From NCBI GenBank assembly GCA_002633005.1, contig NMRA01000301.1:1-64000 (forward strand): 64,000 nt of DNA, in the 5' to 3' direction. This DNA is from Phoronis australis (taxonomy: Eukaryota; Animalia; Phoronida). The notes beneath the pieces are model-generated. The model saw nothing but the letters and a program-made list of their open reading frames with translations, did not search any database and was not told the DNA's origin. Within the stretch, counting starts at the first letter, position 1. The number at the start of each line of letters is the position of its first letter. The position numbers and the translations under genes are program-made. This document shows, one piece after another, positions 12,438 to 25,934 of this stretch.

Positions 12438-14351
12438 AGTAGTTCTACTCGTTATTGAACAAACGTGTTTTTTTATTTCGCTGTTTCGGATTTATAGGTA
12501 TTTGAACGTACCGTAGCCAACAGAGTTCGGTAAGCCAATTTACCAAGGTCGGTCGCGGGAGCTTGGGTTCTGTTCTGAGATAAACATTCGAATTATTATT
12601 CCATGTAAAAAAAGACAGGGGAACATACAAGCAGCTGTGTGTTGTAATTTTAGAGTTGCGATTTAGATTTTTTGAGTTCTAAACACACAATACGCTTGTT
12701 ATCCCAGTCAGTGGCTCGGAACCCGATCAGGCCGGTCGCGCCCGGACTAAGACATCACAAACATAACTAGCCAAAGTTACAAACTAAACTTACAGTCCCG
12801 AAAAGGCTGAACTAGTGAGCCAAAGAATTACTGTGCACGTGATTATTTTGGCGAATTAACCGCAAAACGGGGAATCTACTTACAACTGTACTCGTCGGGG
12901 GCCGCGAAGTCCGGCTCCCCTTCCACAGAACCGTCAGGGCAAAAGCTGTACAGTTACAATGAGTCCAAATAAAGATTCCCCTAACATCTGACCAAGGGAT
13001 ATAAAATCAAGTTATTGTTTCACACTAGCTTTTTGCCAGCAAACATTGAATTACCATGCGCTCACATGGCCTCGGTGTTCTGTCAAATAGCTTTATTGCA
13101 TCTTAAGCCGGTAACGCAACGGTTTTTTACTGCTGGCTTTTTGAATCATTTGCACTCACGAACACTCAAAATTCATTACAAATTGTATGTAATAAGACAA
13201 ACTTTGTTTGAATTTATAAAAGCATTGGTTAGGGTGAGAATATTTCATTTTGAAACAGAACGCAGACTAATAAACATCAACATAGCTACTCGGAATCTAC
13301 TGAAACGAGTGTCCATCCGTCGCAGACGTCACAGGTCGATCGTTAGGTTTCACAGGCTATCAGTTCGAACCGAAGTACACTGCTCAAGAATTACTAGAGA
13401 GGCGTCGTGAACGTGTACACTCAACGGGATATATGAAAACTTCCAAAAACTGTTTGAAAGACTTGTCAGTGCGCTAACTCCACGGTAGTGGAAACGACTG
13501 ACGCTTGCATACGGTGTCACGAAATTCAGCAAGTGACACGCCTTCTTAGAAAAGCACAGTGTGTCTCTCGGACCTTCCCGATTTTGCTCTGCATCTAAAA
13601 ACAGGTGTGCTTACATTTTTAAGGGCTGCGAAAATAATGGCGAAAACGTCCTACACCCAGAGGACCAAGGAGAATCTTGACGAACTAGTAAGTCCTCAAA
13701 CAGTTTATATAAACGTTATGTGGTAATACCTTGAGTTTCAACTGTAGTTGGCCATGAAAACATAAACAATTACAATTAAAAAACAATTCTCCATAATGAA
13801 AACCTGATCAAGAACTTATCCGCGTTTCTTTGTCTCTTGCCCGCTGAAGGCAAACACACTAGGCACAGCTTCTGACTTCATCCTCAGTCTCTTTTTTTCG
13901 CTGGTATGAGCTGTTTGTAAGCTGGCATTCGTCATTGAAATCATTGTCGACAAAATGCCGGCCACGGTCACAGAGATATTTCACGACCTCATACTTGGTA
14001 TTAACGGCGTACTTTTCATTCTTCACTGCCGCGAGGTACATACTGTACTTTCGAAGAATTACGAGCTCTCGAGAAAATCGAAAAAAGTATACAACCGCAT
14101 TCCTCGCACCTTAAAGTGTACACAACATGACTCTAGTACCTCAAAATAAATTTTATTATTATATCTTACTAGATTTCAGTGCCTTTAGTGCACAGCTCAT
14201 AAAGAAACACGCAAAAATTAAAAAAATAATAATTATGTACAACGTCATGGGTTGGACCCAAGTCGTTCGCCACACTGTTCGGATCAGAGACATAGTGTAT
14301 AGAGTGAAGAGAAAGCAAAGTACATTTAGTGTCGAGAAGTTTCGTAGAGGG

Positions 14352-14580
14352 ATCAAAAGATGTGTTTCCGGAGGCTGCAGCAACAGCAGCCAGGCAGAGA
14401 ACGCCTCGGTGTTCCGAAGGACACCAAAGTTGCGCGGAAGTGGCATCGCTTCGTGCGCCGAACGAGAGTGTGGGACGTCATCGTGGCCGGACCAAGCGAT
14501 TCGGTCCGGGGCCACTCTGTGTTCTGCCCACTTTGAGGACTCGTGTTTCGACTCCAGTCACAGGAGACGTTACGATGAAG
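14352..14580 (+). pseudogene. Frameshifted THAP (C2CH) zinc finger, transposase N-terminus
   Basis: KRCVSGGCSNSSQAENASVF / PKDTKVARKWHRFVRRTR / ATLCSAHFEDSCF gives C-x4-C, P, W and C-x2-HF across frame changes; ATG appears lost. Confidence 0.85.
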
Positions 14581-14634
14581 GCCTGCTACAATAAAGGACA
14601 ATAAATATCATTCAGAAACATCTGCAGCTCTTAA

Positions 14635-14885
14635 TTCAGGATCGTCCGTTGGATGACTGGGTTGACTTGCTGAGCCCGAGGCCGCTTCTCTCGGTCGCGG
14701 GAGGATCCAGTTCGTAAGGCTCAAAGTAGAAAAGTACGCGCTGCCGGAAGCACATTTAACTTATTCTCGCTTTCGTGCAACCCCATTTCCTCATCCTGGC
14801 CACCATTCCCGTACGTTCCTTCATAGTATTCGTTCAATTCTAGCTCATAATCGTCGTCGATTTCAAATTTCCTGCTCTCCGCCAT
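14635..14885 (-). pseudogene. Possible 5' remnant of the second Kolobok gene (KolX-like)
   Basis: MAESRKFEIDDDYELELNEYYEGTYGNGGQDEEMG (acidic), then FYFEPYELDP in a shifted frame; convergent on the THAP remnant. Confidence 0.35.
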
Positions 14886-16669
14886 TGCTCAATGCTAGTC
14901 ACTGATCTCTTGTGTTCAACCCATGACGTCACATGGCGGGAAATGTGAAAATTAGCAAAATTGAAAGAAAAATCAAAATTTCGGCTAATTACACATAATA
15001 AACATGGGTTTAGCTAAATTTTACGTCATACATTTAGTCTGTGGCCACCGGTAATTCAAAATGTGCAAAAATCCATGGTGTGTACTGTTTAAGTTCGCAC
15101 AAACGGGAACGATACACCACACCACAGCGGTACTCACTCTGCTGAAGAACGCCTTCCTCACAGCTGAACGCGACACCTCTCGACGAGGTAAGATCGATCG
15201 TATACGAGATGATGTGGATATAGACCGATTAGACGGCAAAAACGACTAATTAAATCGGGTGGCATTGTCCTTTAAATAGGTTCCAATAATCAACATTTGC
15301 GATATTGTGAGAAACGTCCTGACAGCTATGGATGTACGGAAGGGATAGTTTTTGAAACGACGGTTTTGAGGTTTAAAATATTGTTCATACGTGCTCCAAC
15401 ATCATAAAATGGTTATTTCTGAAGAATCGAAAAGCATGGTATTGTTTGTGATATAACCGTGTATTGGAGAAATAAGAAGCCCGCGAAACGATAAGATGTA
15501 TTTTGTCATTAGATTTTTTCAACTATCGCCAGCAGCCGTCGATGTAAGAAACTTTGATTTCCCCCTTTTGTGTGGAGCAGGATCCCATTCCAATAAAACT
15601 GGCTGTCTCAGTGAAAACAAATCTTAAATTTCAGCCAATTTCAAGATAAAATATATATTGGTCTGTAGACCGTGTCAAGAAAGATATTATGAGTTCGATT
15701 TAAATTTTTCACATAAGTTTTGTCTTAATTTCTGCTATCTTGTCGGAAGTGGTAGTTTCAAAGTTTGAAAGTTGAGGCAAATCTTAGATTCAAGTTAAAA
15801 ATGAGCTTAAACCAGTTTCTTGGAACGGGAATCCGGGCAATTATCGCATTAGCGAACACTTCAAGGCAATAACACACTGGCTCAAATAAGTAAAACAATC
15901 GTGGCCTAGCGGTTGATTTTTCGCAAAATGTTCTAATGATACCTTACTCCCATATGCATTCGACGTAAATTGTAACAACTACATGAAAAGTAACAACTTG
16001 TTGCATCTTAGGAGAGGCATTGGTAGCGATATCTATCTTTATATAGAGACAACTGATTGAAATTTGTCGATCTTCATGTGAATAAATGTACCACGTTTAA
16101 TTAGTGTTTTCTGCCAGAACAATTAGTGTCAATTTATTCTAAAAACGAGACAGCGAAAACACAAAACGTCAAGAGCGTAGCGAATTTTTTTCTACAAAAT
16201 CTACACCGTCACGTTTTTCCACGTGTGTGGGTGGGCGCAGGTTGTTACAGACCGGTGCTAATAGCTTTCGGTGCGACGATAGACTGAAGACTGGCGGGTT
16301 CGAGTTAATCCGTTATTAATCCCGACCGCACGTTCACAAGCCTACTCAAACAAAACGTCCGACGTAATGTCTGTTTATGCTCAAGCCAGTGGTGTGAAGC
16401 CTTGACTTGCGATGAACTTCTGAGACACGTTCAGCAACTGTTACACTCGTCGATTCAATAACTTGGTGTCTCTATAGCGGGCTCTCTATTGACCATTGCT
16501 GTACATGTAACTGCTGATTCTCTTCACTGCAACTCAACTATAATTCTGATAAACTTTCTTGAACTGACTTGATCTTCTCTTGAACTGACTTGATCTGACT
16601 AACACAAACCCGTGCTTGTGTATTCATAGCCTAATGCAGGGTTATGGAACTTTTCATCAATTCAAGCAC

Positions 16670-16748
16670 ATTCTAGAACTTTCCTGAATGACCTGAATCT
16701 ACCCAACCATTCTACAAACACACACTAGTCTCAAGAATATTCCAGACT
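16670..16748. promoter_or_regulatory. Heat-shock elements, left part of cluster
   Basis: aTTCt aGAAc tTTCc tGAAt (16670-16689, perfect 4-pentamer) and aGAAt aTTCc from 16734. Confidence 0.6.
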
Positions 16749-16755
16749 GCATTAA

Positions 16756-19317
16756 AGTCCTTCTCTCACGCGTTGTTAACCCTTATTACATGGTTAGAGG
16801 ATGTTATAAGGATCCAAGAAGTACCTACCCCATAACTAATACACGATCCGTACTCGAAAAAAGTTTAATTGAACGCGCCACTCACGATTCGCACCCGAAG
16901 AACCACCGCCATTTTGAACTTGCCGCGAACCCGGAAGTACTGTACAATTCATTCAGGAACCCAGGCCGAGAAAACGCCGGTGCGACTGGAGCAGTGCCTG
17001 TACTGTTACCAGCCAGCAAACGGGGATAAAATAATCGACAGCGCGACTTACTTTTAATAAAATCAAACTACGGACAATCTTATAGAATTTGCTGAAGAAA
17101 TGTGGCTAATAAATTTTGACAGAAATTATTTTGCAGGACTCTAGACCGCTGCCTATCGGACCCGGTGCGGATCGAGACCAGACACTGGCGAACGGTATAT
17201 GCATGCGGATGCAAGCTGTTTTGGCGAAGTAAAATGATCAAATCATAAATGCTGCATATATTCAAGGGTAGTTTCAGACACTTGCATGAAATTACGGGCT
17301 GGTTAGTCCTGTGTCACACTGCCGCGGCAGACCTTAGTTAGCCTCAGTCACCAGCTACCAGTGAAGACTATCGTCAAAACACAGCTTGTTAGTAGGCCTA
17401 TACAGCTTTGCGCCAAGGCTACCCTTAGGCCTAACTGGTCGCTGGCCACAGCCCTCGCTCAAACGAGGCTTATTTAGAACTTGGGTACTTCTGGCGAACT
17501 GCGCAAAGTTGTTGGCTTTCAATAGACATTTTCCCAGACTTTGTATGAGCGCACCAAGACTAAAAGAATGCGGGGCTGGAATTTTTGGGAATGTCTATCT
17601 TTTACTATAAGATTCATGTATGTTCAGAGCTATGAATTGCAGACTCTAAATTTTGGTACTTCCTGTCTTCTAGTGGAATATTGTCTAATTTTATACTTTT
17701 TTTCGGAATTCGTGCTTCTGTGACTGAGGCAGACCTTTTTCCAGTTCTCCAAAAAGGGGGCTCGTTCGAGCACATAAGTATGACAAGTCCAATACAGCAT
17801 GTTATCATTTTTATTCATTAACCCAAAATGATTCAAACTTTTAACATAATAAGTAACTTAAAATGCACAATACTTTACAACATTTAGCATTACAAACACT
17901 ATTGAACAGCAACAATTTCCATGATATGAAAGTGGACAAACATGTAACTATTACCATGGTGACGGAATAGCGTTTCCTTGCACCAGAATTTAACGAGCAT
18001 CATTTAAAAAATATGAAGTTGCAAGGAACAAGAATTAGAGGCTTGAAGCTACACAATCCAACATACAGTAGCTTATTTCTCGAATTAAAAATATTCATAT
18101 TGTTGACTTGGTTACCTGCATTAAGAAGCAATAAGTTACAAAACATGACTTGAAAGCAATTGAGAATTAAAATTTAAAAAATATGAATCATTTTGTGACA
18201 CCTAATCAAGCCTTGAACAGCAGTTGACAGTCAAACAAAAAACATTTTAAAATTATTTCAACATTTTTTTTAGTTTAGTGTAAGATCACCTGAATGGGAA
18301 ATTTACAGTGAAATAATTCAAATATATGTAATATTTTTGCACAAAAACACGAAAATTGAACAAAGTTTCTTTTTTTAACAACGTTTGTCAAAATGTATCA
18401 ACGTTAAATATTCACAAATTACAAAGTAACCGATTGAACATGCCTTTCAGTTCAGCAAAAGTCGCCATGTTGCCGGTGCCGCCAGAAATGAGACGAAGTC
18501 CAACGGGAATTGTGAGCACATTTATCACTTAATGAGTAACAACCGCGAGGCTGAAATTTGGTGAATAGTGTTAAATCGTGCAGAATAGTAAGTAAAGCTA
18601 TGTCTAACTAAATTTCTCCGTAATTTGTATGCGAAAACAATTTACACAAAGTTTTAAACTCGTAACTTATCCCGCTGTCCTCCAATATGGCCGACGCGAT
18701 CCAAACAAAGTGACCCAAATTTCCCTACAAAACTTGCAATAACTTTACACTGCTTGCCCCGATTTTGATATTTTTCGATTTTTATTGAGTATAATGCACT
18801 ACCTTTCCGATGATAGCAAAGTACTTTTTCAAAACGAGAAAAAAATAAAACCGAAAAAAATAGGTTCGACCCATATTGGTTCCTAGGTTCGACCGGCCTA
18901 CGTAAGGAACTAAACACCAAATATTTTAACATACTAAGTACGCGTAACATTCCAAAAAACATCAAAGACCACTAACTACAAACTATAAATACACTACATA
19001 TGCAAACGAAGCACGAGATATTACTAACAAAACAAAATAATGAAGACTTTTCGAGCAAGCCATAGCATATTCAGTTACAAGGAAAAAATGGCGGCTTTCA
19101 GGACAAGTTCCTGAACTGATGAGCCGGAAATGTGGGTACGGAAATAACCGATGACAACCGGTAATCATACGCTCAGAAAGAAGGGTCAAATACTGTTCAA
19201 AAATCGCTTTTGGCAAGAAAGGCGAAAAGAATATAAAGAAAGGGTGTCGAAAATAAGATTTTATGCAGTAAGTATTTTCGGATACTGGAACCACATGGGA
19301 AGTTTGAGAGAAGGACT
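16756..19317. mobile_element. Non-autonomous Kolobok-like element family A, copy 1
   Basis: TTAA|agtccttctctca ... tgagagaaggact|TTAA: perfect 13-bp TIR, AG...CT ends, TTAA TSD; inverted copy at 30160-32944. Confidence 0.9.
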
Positions 19318-19334
19318 TTAATCACTGTCATGCT

Positions 19335-19418
19335 AGAATCTTCTAGAAATTTCCACACAATACTGTAGTAAACAAATTACATCATCACTGTTCTGACCTC
19401 AGTCTACTAGAAAGTTCC
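19335..19418. promoter_or_regulatory. Heat-shock elements, right part of cluster
   Basis: aGAAt cTTCt aGAAa tTTCc (19335-19354, perfect 4-pentamer) and aGAAa gTTCc (19409-19418). Confidence 0.6.
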
Positions 19419-21114
19419 ATACTATTCGGTAGTAAACAAATTACATCATCATTGTACTTAACTCAGGGGTCATACCAATCAAACAGAATAACAAAACAAA
19501 ACAATACAACTAAAAATACTGTCAGACTATATTCTGACACACTAATTTCACGTTCCGAACAGTTCACTGGTAGGAAATTAGTCTGACACAAACGACACCA
19601 CGTTATATCACAGTGCTTAATACGCACGTGAGTATTACCGAACGTACAGGTGAGAAGAGGCGCACTAAGTGCATCATTGGTTCAAATCGCTGTTGAATAC
19701 TCACCGATGCCAGCTAATGGTTCCACGTCTTTAATAAGATAACAATCTTCACGAAGTGAAGCCCAACACGGTGACCGTCCTTAAAAGCTATGCACACCAG
19801 AGCTTGAACAAATGTTTGTCACTTTCATGTACGTATCTTTATGTACATGGAAAAAGCCTTCATTCGGTGTCAAGTAGTTAATGCGCTCATTAATTTGTTC
19901 TTATCTTTATTATGTGGTACTTTAACTTTTGTGCTCGATAGCAAATATTAACTTTCTGAATGACTTTTCTCAGATAACACCCGAGCAGTGACCCCATATC
20001 TACAGCACACATCACGAATTTTTACCGACCGGGCGGCTAGGAGTCAATCACCGGCCGTTAACAGGTCGGCAAATTAAGTTTTAGTTCTAGTGTGACTCAT
20101 GTTGTGTTAACGTGTGCGGTAATTACGAGTAACAAGTTGCATTGTAGATTAATGCCTTCTTCAATAGGGATATATCGTTTAATTGAAACAGCTGTTAGTC
20201 TCATAACTCGATGTAATCAGGAGACCACGTGACCACCCACTAGGCAATGATGACACTATTCAGTGTGTTCCTATACATTGCCATCTATTGTAAAACTTGG
20301 ACGAGACCAAAGAAATTCAACCGAATTTCCAAGATAATAGGTCTGTCGTCGTTGAGGCGTTGAACGTTTAGCCCGTCTTTATAGTACAGACGTTATCACT
20401 TTGAAGGACCAATGCTTGGAGATGATGACGTTGTGTCCTGGGGTGAAAAGTTCCCGACATGGTAACTTTTTGAACCTGACTTATAAATTTTTTAGTTTAA
20501 TTTTGATCCTAAAGTGAAGATTTGTTGGTCCTCACGTGATAAATTATAGGTCTTGACCTGGTGTCCTTTGGTCAAGGAGTTTTTTGGTCAGCTGTGTGAA
20601 AACAATCTCAATGTATTGGACTGTTTTAAGTCTTGCTTAAGTACATGTAAAAGTTCTGGTTTTGAGATACTTATTTTTGGTTTTAATCTTGCATAGAAAA
20701 TATATGTTCTTAAATGTTTCCACTTTGTCCTAGCTTCCATAAATGTGAGCCGAGCAGGTTGTGTGGCGTCGTACTTTGTAACTTCTTGCATAAATCTCTT
20801 TGTGAGTTAGTAATACTATGAACAATTTGTTGTGTGCTTCTTTTGTATGAATGTATCTTTTGTAGATGCCTGGTGTAGATGGCTCAATGAGATATTACTG
20901 TATGCAGCCATATTATCCTGTAGTCTTTACAACTATGTATCTTAATCCATGCCTGTAATAGAGGTACTCCCATGAACATCAAGCATTTGTATGTTCTTAT
21001 TCTATACATAGGGAGTGCTACGAGCGTACAATTACTTTCGCAGTGGCTCATACCAAACGGATTCACTAAGACCATTAAATGTTTTTGCAACTGCCGATTT
21101 GCACATTAAGCAAG

Positions 21115-22818
21115 CATATTACCTCACACCTGATCTCAATAAAACTTGCTATCAATCATGGTAGAAAAAATTATTTGTACCATTGCCACAAGACATTAAC
21201 AAAACCGGTCAGTGTCTGTAACCGTTCTGGCTACATTGTTGAACGTCAGTCGAAATCAATTTTTGTTACACTGATTCATGCCAAAGGTTTGAAAGCGCGT
21301 CCCCTTAACAGTTTTGTCTTGACCTGGTGACCACCAGAAGCGAGGCATTAAACTTATACAAGTTGCTTTTAACCTGTCCCACAGAACTGAAGATTGTATC
21401 CGTTTTCGTTTGCGAGAGTGTTCTTTTTGAATCACTGTTTTAATCATTTTTCTGCTCTACATGTAAACTCAGACTACCTGGGAACTTTTATTTAGTGTTA
21501 CATGTACCGAGTCTCTCGGAAGATTTTACCCCTTGGAGTAGACCCGAAACGCGAAGTATTGCGTTCTTACTTCAAAGGGCTCGGAAGGCTCTAGCCTAGG
21601 TGCGAAGCTGTTTACTAAACTAGATATACAACTTTGCGCCGATGTGCGTATAAACTGACCAAATAAAATCTTCCTTTATTATTATTATTATTTACCGGCG
21701 TTGCAAAAACGGGTTTTATACCGTCCTTCTGCTGCTAACATTGTGGTGTGACAATTGGGGCCGGCTTTCGGCGCTATCAAATATTGCGTCACCTACTGTA
21801 CTAGCCAGTTTCTTTTTCCCACATTCTCCAATCAAACGTTCTGCCACGAGGTTAAGTAAACGTCACAACAAATGATCAGAATTGGTTTCACTTAATAATA
21901 TGTTTTTAGAATTTGATATCCGTAAATCGAATTTTAGAAAAGAATTTGCTGCGATGTTGTCATCATCTCATGGGAGATGATGAAATTGGACCGTGAAACT
22001 AATGTACTCTTTTCAAGACGACGACATACCCTTCTTTGCTACAAAAGTCGGAGAATTACGCGAGAAAATGACGGCTGTAACGGGCAAGTTGAGTATCTTC
22101 CAGATTTTACATGCGCACCTGCCGGTCTTTAGCTCATGTTAATTAAAGTTTCATGACGAGGTGACGAAACTATCCGGGCTGTGAGCAAATTCGAGGTCTG
22201 TCGGAGCTCAGTACACCGTAGCACCTTGCTGTATTTTGATGATAGTCTTCATACAGCTAGCTGGCTATATACGAAGGGTCTAACTTCGAAACTATTTATT
22301 TTTCCGAAAGTGACAACAAATTGAGAATGATGATGGATCATGTCTAACACTATAACCGATCACATTCCTCCGTTTTCATGTGCCCGTGATCTGAATATCT
22401 GCACTATGTTCAACCCATTGTTCATGTTGGTCCTAAAATATTTTTTGTTCTATTGCTGTACCGACATATTAAGAAACTGTACTAAAATAAACAATAATTG
22501 TCTGTGGGGAAGCGCAATATACAGCCTGATGAAGTGATGAGCAAGAGCAATATGAGCGCAAATGCGTGCTATTTGTTGAGCATTCCCCGGCATGAAAACA
22601 CCAGATGTGGTAAAACATCCAGCGTTGTATTCTGATTTTTATAAAATTGAACTGTAACATTGTAAATTTCTTGGTTGTTGATACTTTTTATGCATAATGT
22701 ACATGTATAAAAAGTCTCGTATCTACAGTTCGAAATTGCGTTTCCACGATATCATTCAACGTTTCATTTCACCACGCCGTCAGCAATTCAACATAAAGAT
22801 TACATGGTGCAATTTAAC
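21115..22818. repeat. ~1.7-kb direct duplication, copy 1
   Basis: Collinear with 23308-25010, diverged by substitutions and small indels. Confidence 0.9.
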
Positions 22819-23307
22819 ATATCTGAGTAAAGAAACATTTGCGGTTTCAAAACTTTCAGAGTCGTGTGTCGTAACGGCCCTACATTAAGCAACCGAGGCC
22901 AAGTACAAAGCATGTCCTCAAAGTTTTGATAAGCAAAGTTCACGGCATACTGATTGCAGGGTCACTGACACGCATCACGGTCTTAGGCATCAGTTTATAT
23001 CGGTTGAATTATTTGTAATACTTGTGGCTAGCACGTACGCGTTCAATAAGCCATTGACATTTGCATCTAATCACAATTCTTCCGCTGTTTTGAAAACAAA
23101 CAATCATTTTCATAATTTTTCGGGAGAACGTGAACTAAAACGATATGACAAAAACTACATATGGTAGTCCAGATTCTACATCTGAAGACCACACGTGCGT
23201 TCATAGACATACAAATGAAAGAAAACGATGAAACAACTGCCACATAATTACAAGGAATGATAAGAGAACGTCTCAAACTTCAGGTCTCTGCATACAGTAT
23301 TAGGTGT

Positions 23308-25010
23308 TCATATTGCATTATACCTCATCTCAGTAAAACTTTTTATCAATCATGGGAAAAAATTAGTTGTATCATTGCCACAAGACGTTAAAAAGAGGCA
23401 ATTTTCTATAACTGTTCTGTCTATATTGTTGATGAATAAACGTCGGTCGAAATCAAATGTTATAACACTGATTCATGCCAAAGGTTTGAAATAGCGCCCC
23501 CGTTAGAGTTCTGACTTGACCTGGTGACCACTAGAATCGATACAATAAACTTATACACGTTGTTTTTTTAAAATGTGTCATAGAACTGTAAATTGTATGA
23601 GTTTTCGTTTGCGAGAGTGTTGTTTTTGAATTACTGGATTAATAATTTTTAAGCTCTACTTGAAAACGCAGACTACCTGGTAACTTTTCTTTAGAATTAC
23701 AGGTACTGAGTTAGTCCGAAGACTAAAGTTTCAGAGTTTTACCCCTTGGAGTAGACGCAAAATGCGAAGTATTGTGTTCTTACTCCAAAGGGCTCGGAAG
23801 GCTCTATCCTAGGTGCGAAGCTGTTTACTGAATTAAATATACAACTTTGCGCCGATGTGGAGTAAAACTGACTAAATGAAATCTTCTTTGAATAATCTAA
23901 ATTATTTACCTGCGTTGCAAAAACTGGTTTCTAACGTCATTCTGCTGCTACAATTGTGGTGTGATCTTTTGCGTCGGCTTTCGGCACAATGAAACTATGC
24001 ATCGGCTATTAGCCAGTTTCTTTTTCCCAGATTCTTCAATTAAACGTTCTCTCTCGATGTTGCGTAAACGTCACAACAAATGATCAGATCTGATTTCACT
24101 TCATTATAAGTTTTTAGAATTTTGATATCAGTAAAGCGAATTTTAGAACAAATTTTGCTGAGATGATGTCATCATTTCATGGCAGATGTCGAAGAAAATC
24201 GGGAAGTGGCGCATGTCACGATTGTACTCCTTTCAAAACGACGACATACCTTTCTTTGTTACAAAAGGCGGGAAATCACGCAAGAAAATGGCGTTGGATA
24301 TTTTCGCTTAAACGACTGTAAAGGGCATGGTGAGTTCAATTGACTCCAGGATTTTGCATGCACACCCGCAGGTCTTCAGCTCATATTGATACAAGTTTCT
24401 CGACGAGGTGGCGAGTGTAAATATCCGGGATATGTGCGAGTTCAAGGTCTGTCGGAGCTCAGTACTTAGTGGCACCTTCCTGTATTTTTATTGTTTTCAT
24501 ACAGCTGTAGCTGGCTAAACAGGAAGGCTCTAACTTCGAAACGATTTTTTCTCCGAAAGTGAAAACAATGATGATGACACAATAACCGATCACATTCTTC
24601 CGTTTCCATGCACCCATGATCTTAATATCTGCGCTATGTTCAAACCATTGTATCAACACATTAAGAAATTGTACCAAAATAAACAATAATTATCTGGGGC
24701 AAGTGCAATATACAGTGCGATGAAGTCTTGATGATGAAGTGCAATAACGGATGAGCGCAAATGCGTGCTACTTGTTGAGCATTCCCCTGCACGTAAACCA
24801 TCCTGTGTTGTATTCTGATATCTATGCACATTTACATGTACTGTAACATTTCAAATTTCTTGGTTGTTGATACTTTTTTTATGCATAATGTACATGTATA
24901 AGCAGTCTCATATTTAGAGTTCGAAAATTTGTTTCTGCGATATCATTTAACGTTTGATTTTACCACGCCGTCAACAATTCAACATAAAGTTTATATTGGT
25001 GTAAATTCAC
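23308..25010. repeat. ~1.7-kb direct duplication, copy 2
   Basis: Collinear with 21115-22818, about 0.5 kb downstream of it. Confidence 0.9.
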
Positions 25011-25697
25011 GGAATTCGTATTTGTAGAATGATTCGATTTTGCCACCTTAGAATAGTTGAACAAAAGTTGATAAATCGATGTCAAGACCTGAGTGGCCAC
25101 TGGTGAACGAACAGCGAACAGTTAAATGTTTCTCTGGCCAATGTTCACCAGCTATAAGTCATAAAATGGCAATTCCCAGACAAGGACACGCATAAACCGA
25201 ATTGGTCGTCTCTGCTAGGTAACCACTTTGCCGACCCAAATGCCGACCGCAGACGGTTCCTAGCAGACCGTTGTTGGTCGGCTTGACGGTCAGTCTTCGA
25301 ACGGTCGTCGACCAATTTTCCACCGGTCGTGATGTGCGCTGTATGATTGCTTAGATATAAATAACTTCTAACACTCACCTACTGTAAAGAAGGTTAAAAA
25401 CCAAAGTTAACACTCCGTAATAAAAACTGCAGAATATGTTAGCCTAGAAAACACAGCAAATTATTCAATGTCTAAAGATACCAAAAGTTTGGATATTGAC
25501 TGGGTTGGACTATGTCGAAAATGTGTACGTAACCCCAATGTGGAATTCAGTAACACAACTGGTCATTGCAAATGAAATTATTGCCTTTTAAATAACAACA
25601 TGGTGCTGATTGTCATCGAAGAAAAATAAATGGCCGCACAGCATTATGTTACCGTGTGATGCAGAAACAGTGATGTAGTGTACGTACCCCCTTAGAG

Positions 25698-25765
25698 GGG
25701 CAGTGTGGCCTGGTTGAAAAGTGCCCACTTTCTTTACCGGAGGTCGTGGGTTCTAGTCACACTGC
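25698..25765 (+). mobile_element. tRNA-derived SINE-like head
   Basis: ggcagtgtggcctggttg (A-box-like) ... ggtcgtgggttctagtc (B-box-like); homologous to 38733-38811. Confidence 0.55.
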
Positions 25766-25934
25766 TAAACACTTGAACCAGGTTTCAAGCTTCTCGGATC
25801 GGTTTTAACCATAATAAAACATAAAATAGTTCCAGGTGATCAGTGCAATGGGCCCACATGCGAATCCTGTGCATGTCTTGTACAACGTGTATCAGACAGC
25901 CTGCAATTGTTTTTTAAGTACCCTCTTTTGTAAT

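Larger units (their letters stand above)
12570..15271 (+). mobile_element. Kolobok-like DNA transposon family B, copy 1 (left end lost, internally deleted)
   Basis: Right end gggtggcattgtcct|TTAA; collinear with the element at 28779-30136; contains a THAP remnant. Confidence 0.8.
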
